Assembly (NCBI GenBank): GCA_020137815.1
Contig: CM035354.1
Location: 1,922,001-1,986,000, forward strand
Length of the DNA stretch: 64,000 nt
Direction of reading: 5' to 3'
From: Hormiphora californensis
Taxonomy: Eukaryota; Animalia; Ctenophora
Position numbers and translations under genes: made by a program. Shown here piece by piece: positions 14,148 to 26,466 of this stretch. The first letter of the stretch is position 1. Every line of letters begins with the position of its first letter. The notes under the pieces were generated by a model. It was not told the origin of the DNA. It made no database searches and saw nothing but the letters and a program-made list of their open reading frames with translations.

Positions 14148-14292
14148 TTGAGCAGGTTTACTCACATTCCCAGTCAATACAGTTATAGTGAGCAGGTTTA
14201 CTCACATTCCCAGTCAATACAGTTATAGTGAGCAGGTTTACTCACATTCCCAGTCAATACAGTTATAGCTAGTGAGCAGGTTTACTCACATA
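14148..14292 (+). repeat. ~40-bp tandem repeat (3.5 copies) in LTR-element interior
   Basis: GAGCAGGTTTACTCACATTCCCAGTCAATACAGTTATAGT repeated. Confidence 0.9.
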
Positions 14293-14371
14293 CAGTCAAC
14301 AGTCCAGCCTTGCATTTTCATTTATCTGAATACAGATTTAATGAAAAAGCAAAAATTAAATAAGGAGGATA

Positions 14372-15166
14372 TGTTGTAGTGTGGTTTATACAGTGTGAGA
14401 GTGAAGCGATATTTGGCAGTATACAGAGAAAGGGTTATATTGAGTGTGAAGATATTTGGCAGTATATGAGAGAGGGTTGCATGTATGTGTGGCATGTGCA
14501 TGTTGTTAAGGGTGCAAAGCACTCTCCTAGAGGATCAAGACAGAGGATCATGTTACCCTATGAAGAGGATCTCAACAGAGGATCACAAACCAGTAGTAGT
14601 AGTAATGAATATAGAAGCAACTCAATCCCCACGTCAAGAAGACGCATGCTCGCAGCAGGAGTCTTGTCACCTCGAAGTCAGATCTACAATCCAAGATGCA
14701 GCGCCGGAGCAGTCACGTCATCATCAGTCTCCACGTCAAGATATAATTGTTTAGAAGATGCGCTAGTTGCAGACACAACACCGAGGACTTGTTTGGACAT
14801 CAAAGAAGATGTTATGACTGCAGACCAAGCTACGAGGAGGTATAAAGGAGGAAGAGGAAGGATTGAGGGGGAGATAAAACAGCGCACTTTGCCAAGACAC
14901 TACTACCTACTACCGATTGTAGTTTATCTATTTACAGCTTTTATTTCTTGTGTTTCTCCAGTCTTCATTCAGTCCAGATCCTTGCCCAACAAGGATCGAG
15001 ATACAGTTCTGCTATTAGCGAGAGTTCCTGATATTACAGACGGTTACAGTACGGTTCGGTTACGCAGTTAGGTTACACGGTACGGTTACACGGTACGGTT
15101 ACACAGTACGGTTGCACGTGTGATTCACAGGGGCATTCATTCAGACACAGTATATTCACTTTAACA
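14372..15166 (+). repeat. 3' LTR
   Basis: Direct repeat of 11430-12224. Confidence 0.93.
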
Positions 15167-15934
15167 ACCTCGTTCCACTTCCCCCGACCCATCTTTTTTC
15201 AAGACCTGTCAGAGCATATGGCCTGACCCTATTCTCATTTATCGCGAACAGTGGTCAGAGCATTAGCCTGACAGTTCAAGACGGGCTTGAGAAGGGCTTG
15301 AAACAAGCTTGAGACGGGCTACAGACAATTGCGTTTTAAAAAGTTAAACTCGTCGAGTTTAGACTTTAGCTGTCAGGCCAATGCTCCGACCACAGAGAAA
15401 TAAGAATGGGATCAGGCCAATGCTCTGACAGGACTTTATAGAGGGACCGTCTGAAACGGTTTTGACCCGTATAGACGGAGTTGGACTAGATCATACAGAA
15501 CTTCTAAAATCAGACGAAACTTCTGAAACCAAACATGTCTCAAGCACTTTGACTCCGTCTCGGCAAAAACCCGTCTAGATGACGTTGGAACGTCGTCCAG
15601 ACAAAGTTTCTATTGGCGACACATATAAACGTGCTTGTTTCTTTCTGACCCTGTCTTAAACCCGTCTTCGAAAAGACCCTCTAGACGAGGTCTAAACGAC
15701 GGTGGAACGACGTCTAGACAACGTATGCGGCAAATGAATATTTGCCGTGTAAAATATGATCAAAGTTGAATTTCAAAGTTGAATGAAAATATTGAAAATG
15801 CAGTCCAGGAAAAATATAACCATTGCATTCCACCATTGTTGTTGTTGTTGTTGTATGCGCCTCCGCTTCCAATCCTCTACTTGTGATTTTATCCCGTCCG
15901 GCAGCCAGTTCCTCACGCCCGAGAAGGACGGAGC

Positions 15935-17130
15935 TCAGGTTCCAGAGTTTCCTCTTTCCCCCGGGAGAGTTTTCTTCCTCCGTCTTGTGTCCATGGTTTT
16001 GGAGATAAGGGTGGAATCGTCTCCCATAACTGCCTTGACAGGTCCCATGAAAAGGACCGCACCAGCACTGTTTTCACATTGTGCCAGTCTCGGATATCTC
16101 CAGCGATCCTTGGTGAGTGGCATCTCAGCATTGATCGCTTTAGATGTGGCCTTGGCTAGGACAATTCGGACGCTCCATTGACTATGGCACCTTTGTAGAT
16201 TTTGCGCTGCCAACCTCTGATTTGTAATCAGTACTCCATGCGGGTTCATGGAACATCACTTTTTGTTCGTGATGCAGATGCAGCGTCCGGCCGTTCATGG
16301 GGTAGTTAGGGCAGGTTCCTTCCCAATTAACGGAACTCTGGCGTGTGAAATGTTTAGTGGGTTAGGTATCTATGTGTGTCACTCATAGAAATTTGTTTTG
16401 TAGCATGGGATAGTGGTTTGTTCTGTTTGTTGATCAGGTTTTTGTGGAGGCTTGTTTGTTGGTAGAGAGGGATGATGTTGGTTTGTTACCTTCATCGTTT
16501 GGGGGGTAATCGCCATTTGGGAATCTCCTACGCTTCTCATGGACTTTTGAAGAAGCGTAGGTAGTAGCGAGGCTACTGGTTAGTGTAGTTTCTCCCTGTT
16601 GGGCTACGGAAACACCCCTTGAGTTTATCTCGACCTCGGCGTGGGAATTTTGCCGAGAGTCGGTGGTAGCTAACCAGTTATGACCTAGCTTGTTAGACCT
16701 TTTATACCTGTCCAGAGGCTAGGTGGACAGAAGGTAGAGGAAGGCCAGTTGAGATTAGACCTCCTCCAGCCTGGACTTTTGCTGGAGGACGGGTTTTGGC
16801 CGGTATTTAGCCATCTACTTTGGCCCAGTGCACAAGGCTGGGGAGATGGTGTAATACCGGCCGGGGGTATCTCTATTCAGAGAGAGATGAGTCATGAGCG
16901 GATTAGAGAAAGGAAGAGAGAAAAACACACCACCCAAGGAGGGCAGCTCTGTTTCCTTGGAGTGGTATGTGAGATGCTCCAGGCAGTTCAAGAGCTTCAT
17001 GGTTTACCCCGGGGTATGCCGGGTCACCCCTGAAGATTCCCTGCCTGGTCTGTAGGACACTATTGCTATCTAAAAAAGTAGACATTAGCCGCGGCCTGCA
17101 TCTCAAGGGCGTGGGAAGGAATCTCACCAT
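15935..17130 (-). pseudogene. Possible degenerate PIF/Harbinger (DDE_Tnp_4) transposase remnant
   Basis: Minus-strand fragments GDPAYP and MNPH...CHSQWSVRIV...KDRWRY resemble Harbinger GD.AYP and HS..R..VE.AFG.LK.RWR motifs, but they are broken and widely spaced. Confidence 0.3.
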
Positions 17131-18499
17131 AATATCACTAGTTAAACAGTCTATAAATTCACCCTATATGTATAAATTCCCGGATATGTATAAATATAAA
17201 TTCCCGGAAAAATGTCCCTCTTCGACAGCCTATAAACTTGCACCTCTCACCTGCACCACATACTCAGCAACTAGAAGTAGAATATCGTGATTCGTGATCG
17301 TTCGAAGCTTTTCAGTAACAACATGTTGGGATCAGGCGTGCAATCTCAAAGCGCTTTCTGATGTTCTTCTCCTTGTACCTGAGAAAATTTTAGATTTGGT
17401 TAAAATGATGTACTTTTAGGTTTGCGGTAAATGTTAATCACTTTCCCACAAAGATTACAAACAAACAAACAGACTTGGCACTTGGCTAAGACATCTCTAT
17501 TATATTGTGATGACCAGTGCGATGGCCGATGCACGTTCTTTTTAATTTCAAGGATAAATTGGAGTCTCCAAAGTTAGCGATTCTGTTGCCATAACAACCA
17601 AAAATTGGCCGGTTTTCAATAAGGTACTCTCATTATATCCGTGCCGTGTGTGTGCGTGGGAAGTGTGTGTGTATCATAGTTAGCTAAATTGAGGTGGTGC
17701 GTCTTATAAACAAAATGTAGGCGTGTAAAGCAGTTGATTCTTCAATTTACAATTTACCTAGATAAAATTCAGCGGTTGATCCTATAATTGCATTGGCGAC
17801 TGCCCAGATTTACAAGTATTTAACTTGTAAATCTGGGCAGTACATTCACCTTACTATATTACTTTGACTTTTTTAAACGTTTCTTACCGGGTAAGTTACC
17901 CCCTCAGTCTCTGTGAACTCACTTTAATTATTGTCAAACGCACTTTGCCCAGATTTATACCAATGAATTCATTTTTCTTGGAATTACTAATACGTTTTTA
18001 CCCTCTTTGTGTATCCAGATTTGGTCCAATAAATTTAATTTTCTTAGAAAGTACTACAACTCTGTCAAGAACCTCTTTGTGAGCTCTATTCCATGTTTCC
18101 TGAGGCTGGGAAATCAGTCTTTAGTGCAATGGGTCATATATAATGGCCTGTGGTCCTCAAAGGGTTAACGCTTTTTGTCTTGGTTTGGTCCAGTAAATTT
18201 CATTTTCTGGTGTCTTTTTCCTACTACCTCGATCGTTAGAGCGACAACCGTCTTTCCCTCAGCTCTTTCTGTCTGCAAATTCCTTTCCCATGCACAGAAA
18301 GAAATTGCTAAATACTATAGTTACGTTTGAAGAATCTAAGTGGGTAGCTTGACAAAAATGTTTTCCTTTGAAATAAAGACTCTGTCCACCGGATAAATGT
18401 CCAAATCATATTCGACTAGTCTGATCAGTATACTTGTAACGTATTGTCGCCGTGATTCAATATAAGTCATAGTAAATTTCACTCCCACCTCATCTCAGA

Positions 18500-21400
18500 A
18501 TGACCCAAACGTGTACTCTACACATAAAGAAGGGGACGAGGCAGGGTGAGGCATTGCAGATGATGGCTCATTGTGCCAACAAGCCCCTATCGGTTGTCGG
18601 TCACATCCGAACGGAGGGATTCGAAAAAGCGGTCCCTTTTGGGGATCTACCTGCCCTTGAGATTGATCTGCAGATGTACAGTCAGGTTGTTCCATTGCAG
18701 AGATTCTATGGAATGGTCTGCGGGTTTGTTCCTACCGACCCTGTCGAGGTGAGAAAGCATTTTAACATGTTTAGCAAGGGGAGGATCGGAGGACCACATG
18801 TTTATAGGGTGCTAAAACTTTTATACAGGGTGCCAAAATGCATTTAAACGATCTAGGTCCCATACGAGACTAGTCGATGGCCAAAACTAACAGATATAAA
18901 ACCATGTATTGTTTACCCATTCTTGATGTACTTAATTGAAAAAATAATCAAGAATTTACTTCATATCACACTGTATGTGGGGATAACTAAAGTTGTAGAC
19001 TACTAGATGCACACGGTGTCCTGGAAGGAGGTTTTACCTCGCCTAGAGTGACCCGAGAAGTTACGGACCCTACCCCATGTATTTTTTGACGTAGAATGCA
19101 GGGATGGTTAAAGTTGAAGACATGGTTCATAACAATATCTATATTATAAAACAGAGATGGTTGCAAGACAAAATTTGGGGGAGGGGGTTTTTAGGGCTTG
19201 CACGTGGAAAATTGGCATGTTGTTAGGGATGGTTGGTGGGGCTTGGGGAGGGCACGTGCGTGTGTAAAGGTTTTATAAATTTGGGGGATAATAGCTGATT
19301 TGAAAGAGCTTAAGATTATCTTTCTAATGAGCCCAAGATTTTTAAAATTGGTTGAGAAACGACTGAGTTATGAGGGAAATGGTGAAAAATGTGCCGAAAA
19401 TGGGGACTTTTTAAACTGCTACAGATCACAGATTGAGAGAGGGGTGAGGGGAGTATTCATTATGGCGTTATAGGGGAGTGAATAGAGGGTGAGATGGAGT
19501 GAATAGGGGACGATATGATTCAATAGGGGCCGAGGGGAGTCAATAGGGCCGAGGGGGATAAGAGGGCTGAAGGGGATAAGAGGGGTGAAGACTGAGGGGA
19601 GTCAACAGGGGGAAGGGGGCGTGGATTATGATCTCGCGACCGGAGGTGCCGCGAAGCGGCGCCGTAGGGAGCAAAGTAGGCATGAGCCAGGGATCGGGGT
19701 TGAGAGGAGTCAATAGGGTGAGAGAGTTTTTTGTTCTTTTGCCTGGGCTCTCTAGTAACTAGATAAAATAGAGCAATCTACTTCTAATTCTAGTTCTACT
19801 TCTAGAGATATGCAGATGGTTAAAGGGTCAGTGCACACGGCCGGGTCAACTTTCGTGAGCCAATCAGAGGCCTGGATTTCGAAATCTAGCCTCTGATTGG
19901 CTCGAGCGGCAAAAATGACCAACGGTGCATACGATTATATTAATATACAATTTAGGGATGGTTTATCTTCTGCTAGCGATGCTGGGATGGTTATAAAGTT
20001 AAACATAGGTCCGGTACAGTGCATTTCGAATCAAATCCATGGGGATGCAGTTAAAGTTGACATCGGTCTTCCACAGAGGTTGCCTCCCTTGCTACACTTT
20101 ATAACTGTATACTGGTTAAAGTTGGAGAACACGGTACTATCACGCCAGTTTGCTAGCTAAAAGCTTTTCACCTAGCAAACTGGATTGGCCGTACCGGTAT
20201 TCGTTTATTAGTAAAAAACGATGCTTTTAGAAGCTTCCTATTTCGCTCTATATCCTCCGGCTTCCTGATCCGACCATTCAGAACTATATTGGTATTGGTT
20301 CATGCTGTAAGTGGGATCTTTCTATAGAATTTATCGCATAGTAAGTAATGAGTGGTAACTGGTAACGTACCAAGGGAATTTTTCGAGTGCAGGGAAATCT
20401 CTCACCGTAGGGTTGTACGCCATGCCAAGGGGACCTCAAAGTCAAATATGCAAGGAAGCCCTACAGTCGAATTCATATTTTTTCTACAGTGGAAGGTTCT
20501 TCTGTTGGTGGCATGGTAGGGAGCATTGACGAAAGATGCTGGATCGATACGCTTTATCTATGGAGGAATCGTAAGGAAAGTTCAATTGCGTCTATGCCTT
20601 ATCTTCCCAAATATGTCTTCTTGTTAACTCTGAGAGACTGCACTTCAGTTGCGACCTAGGAGAGGACGTTTTGCTTTATCAGCTGACGAGTACCCTGCAG
20701 AAGTTTAGCGTTAACTTAAGGTTCCGATCCAGATCATGTTCTTGCGAGTGGTGCCCAAACCCTATTACATGCTGGTATCACGTACTATTCCATGAACTAG
20801 TTCCACTAACACCCTGTTCATTTGTTGTTGAATGATTGAGTAAGGGGGAGTCTCAGTCTCACCCCTTACTCAATGCAACTAATACCAGGAATACCAGGAG
20901 CGTAAGACCGAGTTCATTGGAATCAAACCATTGACGTTGGTACCATTTCCCAAATTTACAATTTCATAAAACTCATCCTAATGACTAATGGCATGCATTA
21001 TGAAATATAGACTATAGATCACGGTTCATATTATGAACAGTAATTTATACCGTTCATGTTATGAACTGTGTATATTGCTGAATAGTGCCAGCTCTGTGCA
21101 GCTACTGCCAATAGCATTCTAATATGATTTCTATGATATGATTGCTTTCTTGGTTACGAAATAACCTTCGTGCACTGGCAATGGAGGGGTTATTTCGTTA
21201 CCAAATTGCTTTCCCCATGCATTAAACCTTTGATATTTTATATAATTTTCTCCATCAGATGTTTCAATGAAATACTGGAAAATTAAAATTTGGTACTCAC
21301 GGGATCCTCCATTTTCTAAAACACGCAAGGATTACGCAAGGATTTAGCAAAGTTTACGCAAGGAATACGCAAGAATTACGAAAGGAATACACAAGGAATA

Positions 21401-23417
21401 CACAAGGAATACGCAAGAATTACGCAAGGAATACACAAGGAATATGCAGGGGTTTCGCAATGATTGAGGGACTCTGGACCTCAAGAACCACACTCGCCAG
21501 AGAATTGGAGCAAAGAAGACGGAGAAATCTCTGAAGCTGCAGACCTCACCGAGTATGCGATAATCCTTGCGTATTCCTTGTGTATTCCTTGCGTATTCCT
21601 TGCGCAATCCTTGCGTAATCCTTGCGCTTTTTAGAAAATGGAGAACCCCGTGAGTACTTGAAATTTTACTCGGGTTGAACTATTTCGGGTGGGAAACGCT
21701 TATAAATCAAGTACTTGACTTGCAAGTTTTACATAACATCACACACACCAAGGGATCCCACGTGCATCAATTGCTGCAGCTACTAAGGGGCCCCTAGAAA
21801 AAATAGAAAACAAGGTGGTAGATTAAACCATATCGGGTTCAGGAGTTTTATATTGTTACACCCTCATTCCTCAGGACCTCGAGGCTGAAATGGTGGCTTG
21901 TGCAATTGAGCAGTTTAGAGTATGCCCAAAGGCAATGATACCCAAGCTGGAACCCGAGACTAGCAAAGCTGGTGGAGAAGCTGGTGCTGCATTGATGAGG
22001 GGTATGAGGGGCCTGGGAAGACCCACGAGAGGTCGAGGCAGGGGCATGCGAAGAGGGGGAAGAGCTTTCATTAGTGAAGAGGTGAGCAATCATATAGTAC
22101 ATAACTCCCTCCCGCACGGGCATCTATTCAATAGACGCACTGCAGAGCAGTGCGTCTATTGAGCTGTGATGCACGGGTCCCGAAGGGAACCGTGCATTAC
22201 AGCCCTGTAAATCCCGAGCGCCAGCGAGGGGTTTACAGGTATATCTGCACGCAAGGGAGGGAGTTGTGTTCTATAGACCCCGCTGGCGGGCACCTAGAAG
22301 CAAAACAACCACAAATTAGGTGGTTTTCAAACAGAGAGCTCACACAAAACGGGTCAAACAGTTGGAAATGAAGCTACAGAGTGCCTCTCTACATTCATAC
22401 ACACTCGTAACAATCGTCGTAACAGTTTCAAAGGGTGGAATGCAGAGAGAGATTACAGTTAATTGTGGGTCATGAGCAACAGTTGCAACAGACTGGCGGG
22501 CGCCAAATCTAGACAGAGAGCGTTGTAGGTTGTACACACACTCCCTCAAGTCATTTTATCGTGTTTCCAGTGATTATTTGTGATCTTTACACAAATCTGT
22601 CAGAGGGCGTGCGTCTATCGAGACACAAACTCACGGCAGTGCACGGCCCAATAGACCAGTGCAAATTGTTTGAGCGCGCCGTGCGTCTATTTCAGCCAGC
22701 GGGGTCTATAATACCTTAAACATACCCCTATAATTACATATTATAAGAGTTTGTTACTTACTCAACAAATAAGAGTGATCCTCACCTGATCAATAATCTA
22801 AAGTTGTATATAACAATCCCCCATTAAGTCAGGTGGAACGGGACCTCTACGAAGACAGCGAAAGTCGCGAGTTCAAATGAATCCCATGACTGGCCAGAAA
22901 CGTAACCCATTTGACCTAAAGAGTAATGATCAGCCTTCGGATACCATGGATACTGATGATAAAAAACCGGGACCCCTGGAACCCAAGAAGGCCAGGGATT
23001 ATTTGATAGCGTTCACACGGAGACTCGAGAATAATCTGGATGGGGCTTCTTTTCTTGTGGGTGAAAAGGTAAAATTATTGCATTATGTTATGCATGTAAT
23101 TATGTTATGTTATGTAAACTGTTATGTAAACTGTTATGTGCTAATATATTTCCAACTGTATGCCTTTCTTTGCCTAGCTAGACTGTGTTTCGCACGCCCA
23201 GCCCCCAAAACACAAACGTAAAGGGAGGGTTAGAACATAACAAGCTTTTCTGTTTCAGTTGACATACGCTGATTTCGCATTATTCGCCGAGCTACGCCGC
23301 CATCTCCTTCTCCAGCCTGAGTTCTTGAGGAATTTCCCCCTCCTCAAGTCTTGGTATACGGGACTGTCTAATACGGGACCTCTTAAAGAATTCTGTGAAA
23401 ATCATAAAAACACGTAA
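18500..23417 (+). CDS. Divergent glutathione S-transferase-fold protein with long RG-rich insertion, ~284 aa. Exons 18500-18748, 21875-22081, 22829-23068, 23259-23417
   Basis: All introns are phase 0 GT-AG. N-domain VPFGDLPALEID..YSQ...QRFYG..CGFVPTDPVE (GST PFGQLP.LEID motif); C-domain FLVGEKLTYADFALFAEL..L..FPLLKSWY (GST N-capping box and hydrophobic staple). Confidence 0.82.
19138..19755 (+). mobile_element. Possible non-autonomous Helitron-like element in GST-like intron 1
   Basis: a|TCTATATTATAAAA start, GC hairpin GCCGCGAAGCGGC near the 3' end, CTAG|t terminus, no TSD. Confidence 0.5.
21296..21654. mobile_element. MITE with internal 12-bp subrepeats, TA TSD
   Basis: gta|CTCACGGG..CTCCATTTTCTAAAA ... 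TTTTAGAAAATGGAG..CCCGTGAG|tac; ACGCAAGGAAT repeats mirrored. Confidence 0.8.
22272..22710. mobile_element. MITE in GST-like intron 2
   Basis: TATAGACCCCGCTGG...CCAGCGGGGTCTATA inverted ends. Confidence 0.65.
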
Positions 23418-23709
23418 ACTTGTTGTAACGTGCTATTCTTGTTTGTGAGTTAATTTAAAGGATCGAACATTGTAGTAATCAATAATATTATTTATAAAAA
23501 TAATTCATGTGCATATAATATATTTCCATTTTATTTTGTCCTGCTGAGATGGTAAGCCTAAGGTGTGAACCCTAAATCTTATCGATTGCTTACAAAACCC
23601 AATTATATTAGCAGCAGAGAGCTTACCCAGCTTAGCACTCTTTCCTCAAAATGACTGGATTTATTACCACAAACAGAGACAAATGCATTTTAACATATTC
23701 ATTTTGAGA

Positions 23710-24975
23710 AACTAGCGCACCCATGGGGTGAGCCCCAACTAAGGATTTTTTGATAACCCACCCGGCTTCACCGGTTGGTTTTTTTCCGCCACTTTCAACG
23801 TCAATAACACGGTTGCCATGGCAACTGGAGTGGTAACTATGGGGACTGAATTGTTGAAATTCATTCGAAAATATTAATAAATTTCCACTGGAAGTTCCAA
23901 AAGTGTAAACAACAGCTTTACAGCTTTGTGCACACAGAGTATTTTATAAAGGAGCACTGTCGCGTAGATACCGCCTAACGAACGGCCACTTCGACGTTCA
24001 TCTCCAACTTATAATAGAGACTAGCGCACCCACCGGGTGCGCCTCAAGTAAGGGGTTTCGACAACCCACCCGGGTGACCCTTTTTTGCCCATTTGACACC
24101 ATTTTACTGTTGCCATGGCAACTGTATCGGTACCCACTTCCCATGAAGACTGAACCGCTAAAAGTTGTTTGAAAATAATCAAAAACTCCCAAAAGTGTGA
24201 TACAACGACAGCTTTGGGCACATAAAGTGTTTTAATTTTATGAAGGAGCAGTCTGTCGCTTAGATACCGCTGAACGAACGGCCACTTCGACATCGTTCAT
24301 CTCCAAATTATAATAGAGACTAGCGCACCCACCGGGTGCGCCTCAAGTAAGGACTGTTGACAACCAACCCGGCTCCGCCGGGTGGCTCTCTGGGGCGCTC
24401 TTTATTCACATTTCACATACGCCAAAATCATGGTTGTCATGGCAACTGCAACGGTAACTATGGGGATCACTAAATCCGGACTGAATTGTTAAAATTCATC
24501 CGAAAGTATTCACAAACTCCCAAAAGTGTGAATGACAGCTTTACAGCTTTGGTCACATAAAGTGTTTTATGAAGGAGCACTGTCTCGTAGATACCGCTGA
24601 ACGAACGCGGAACAGCCATCACGTCGTTTATTTCCAACTTATAATAGAGACTAGCACACCCATGGGGTGCGCCCCAACTTGGGCCCCAACTTGGGGCCCA
24701 AGTAAGGAATTTTGATAACCCACCCGGCTTCGCCGGGTAGTTCTTTTCGCCCCTTTCAACGTAAATAACACGGTTGCCATGGCAACTGTATCGGTAACTA
24801 TGGGGACTGGCATGTTAAAAGTCATTCGAAAATATCAACAAACTTCTACTGGTAGTTCCAAAAGTGTGAGCAACAGCTTTACAGCTTTGGGCATATAAAG
24901 TGTTTTATGAAGGAGCAGTCTGTCGCTTAGATACCGCTGAACGAACGACTTCGACTTCGACGTTCATCTCCAAAT
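23710..24975 (+). repeat. Diverged tandem array of ~300-330-bp unit (4 copies), each with an X-box; solo copy at ~36901-37145
   Basis: Recurrent ACTAGCGCACCC...GTTGCCATGGCAAC...AGATACCGCTGAACGAACG blocks. Confidence 0.85.
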
Positions 24976-25068
24976 TAAGAGATGCTTTTCTCAAGACCAC
25001 GCCGAGACTGTCAGAGCATTGGCCTGACCCTATTCTCATTTCTCTCAGTGGTCAGAGCATTGGCCTGA

Positions 25069-25672
25069 GGCTATAAGCATACTGATCGTGATGATCATAA
25101 TCAGGTCAGTGTGCGGAGATTTTGATGGTCACCATCAAAGAAGCGCACACACTGATGGTTATCATCATGATGGAGGCTTGATGCATCATGATGCTCTCAA
25201 ACCATAGTGTGTTCACGTTTGATCATCATAAACCATAGTGTGCGCAGGTTTGATCATCATAAACCATGCTCAACTTGTTGGAACTTGCTTTTTGATCATG
25301 ATCATCATGACCAGTGTGCTCAGCATGATGATGCTATCTCCCCCTTGCCTCCTCTTGCCTAGTCGCGCGCTCTGAGAGGTTGTCGCATATCACGTGACCT
25401 GTACAACAGCCTCTCGCGCGCGCGAAGTCGTACCACGTGGTACATATCACATGACTACAGTGCAGCCCTCCATAAGAATAAGATCAGAACGTGCGCACAC
25501 TAGGTGTTGATGATCATCATCCAACTTAAGAGACGGCTCCAGGGCCAGCTCTTACGTGATGATCATAATGTTCCGCACACTGCAGTTTTTTGCAGATGAT
25601 GATGATCAAAACCATGAGCACACTTCATCTTTTTAACTGATTATGATCATCACGATCAGTATGCTTATAGCC
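25069..25672. mobile_element. PIF/Harbinger-type (Tourist-like) MITE nested in a CTGTCAG...CTGACAG mini-element (25008-25678)
   Basis: tga|GGCTATAAGCATACTGATCGTGATGATCATAATCAG ... CTGATTATGATCATCACGATCAGTATGCTTATAGCC|tga; 3-bp TSD. Confidence 0.82.
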
Positions 25673-26466
25673 TGACAGCGCCGAGACAACGAGTTAACCG
25701 TGAAGTCAAATGGTTCGGACGTATATGTCTAAAAGTTGCGTAAGTGGTCAAAACCCGACAACGGACCCCAACCCCCCAAATTTGACCACTTATTCAATTT
25801 CCTTGAGTGCCACTACATTTACCGGTAAATCGGGGTCCGACTGTATAATTTGTATGCAAGATGTTTTACAACTAAACATAGCAATCTATCTTTATAATCT
25901 GTCTTAAAACTTCTTGGATACAAATTTTAATAAACCAAAATATTACCGTAAAAGGAAACTGAAAGGTTTTGGGTAATCCGGAACATAATTTCTTTTCCGG
26001 TAAAGCGATTACGTTAAATTGCTTGGGGTGAAAGAAGCATGGTTAGTGAGATTAAAGATTAAGAATTAGAAAGGGAAGAACGATCATTATTATAGTAACC
26101 GTGCACTCGCTATCACGCGTTATAATATACCAGGGAGGGGTATACTGCAGCAGTGTCGCACTCCTAAACCCCCCAGTTTAGTTCCCGTGAGGAGCATTTG
26201 TTGCTGCTTTTCGAAACGTCCCATTTTATTGTTAATAACAATGTTATCAAGTTCCATTCATTACAGCTAGTAACAGTGCTCCGTCATATTAACATGTACT
26301 ACAACTGTTTACTGTGAACATGGGACTTGTCACCCAAAATATGTGTAGATATAAATTAGGCACCCGCACAACGCTACCGTGGTCCACGACGTCAAAGATG
26401 CAGTCTGCACTGTCTGTATTTTTCACGCGTTTTGGACCACGTACTACGCTGTGGGCGGGGTGGCTA

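Larger units (their letters stand above)
11430..15166 (+). mobile_element. Non-autonomous LTR retrotransposon (gag-only), 3.7 kb, 4-bp TSD ACCT
   Basis: acct|TGTTGTAG...TTAACA|acct; two 795-bp LTRs; TGG-starting PBS-like site at ~12227; purine tract AAATAAGGAGGATA before the 3' LTR; 2.15-kb interior with gag only. Confidence 0.93.
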
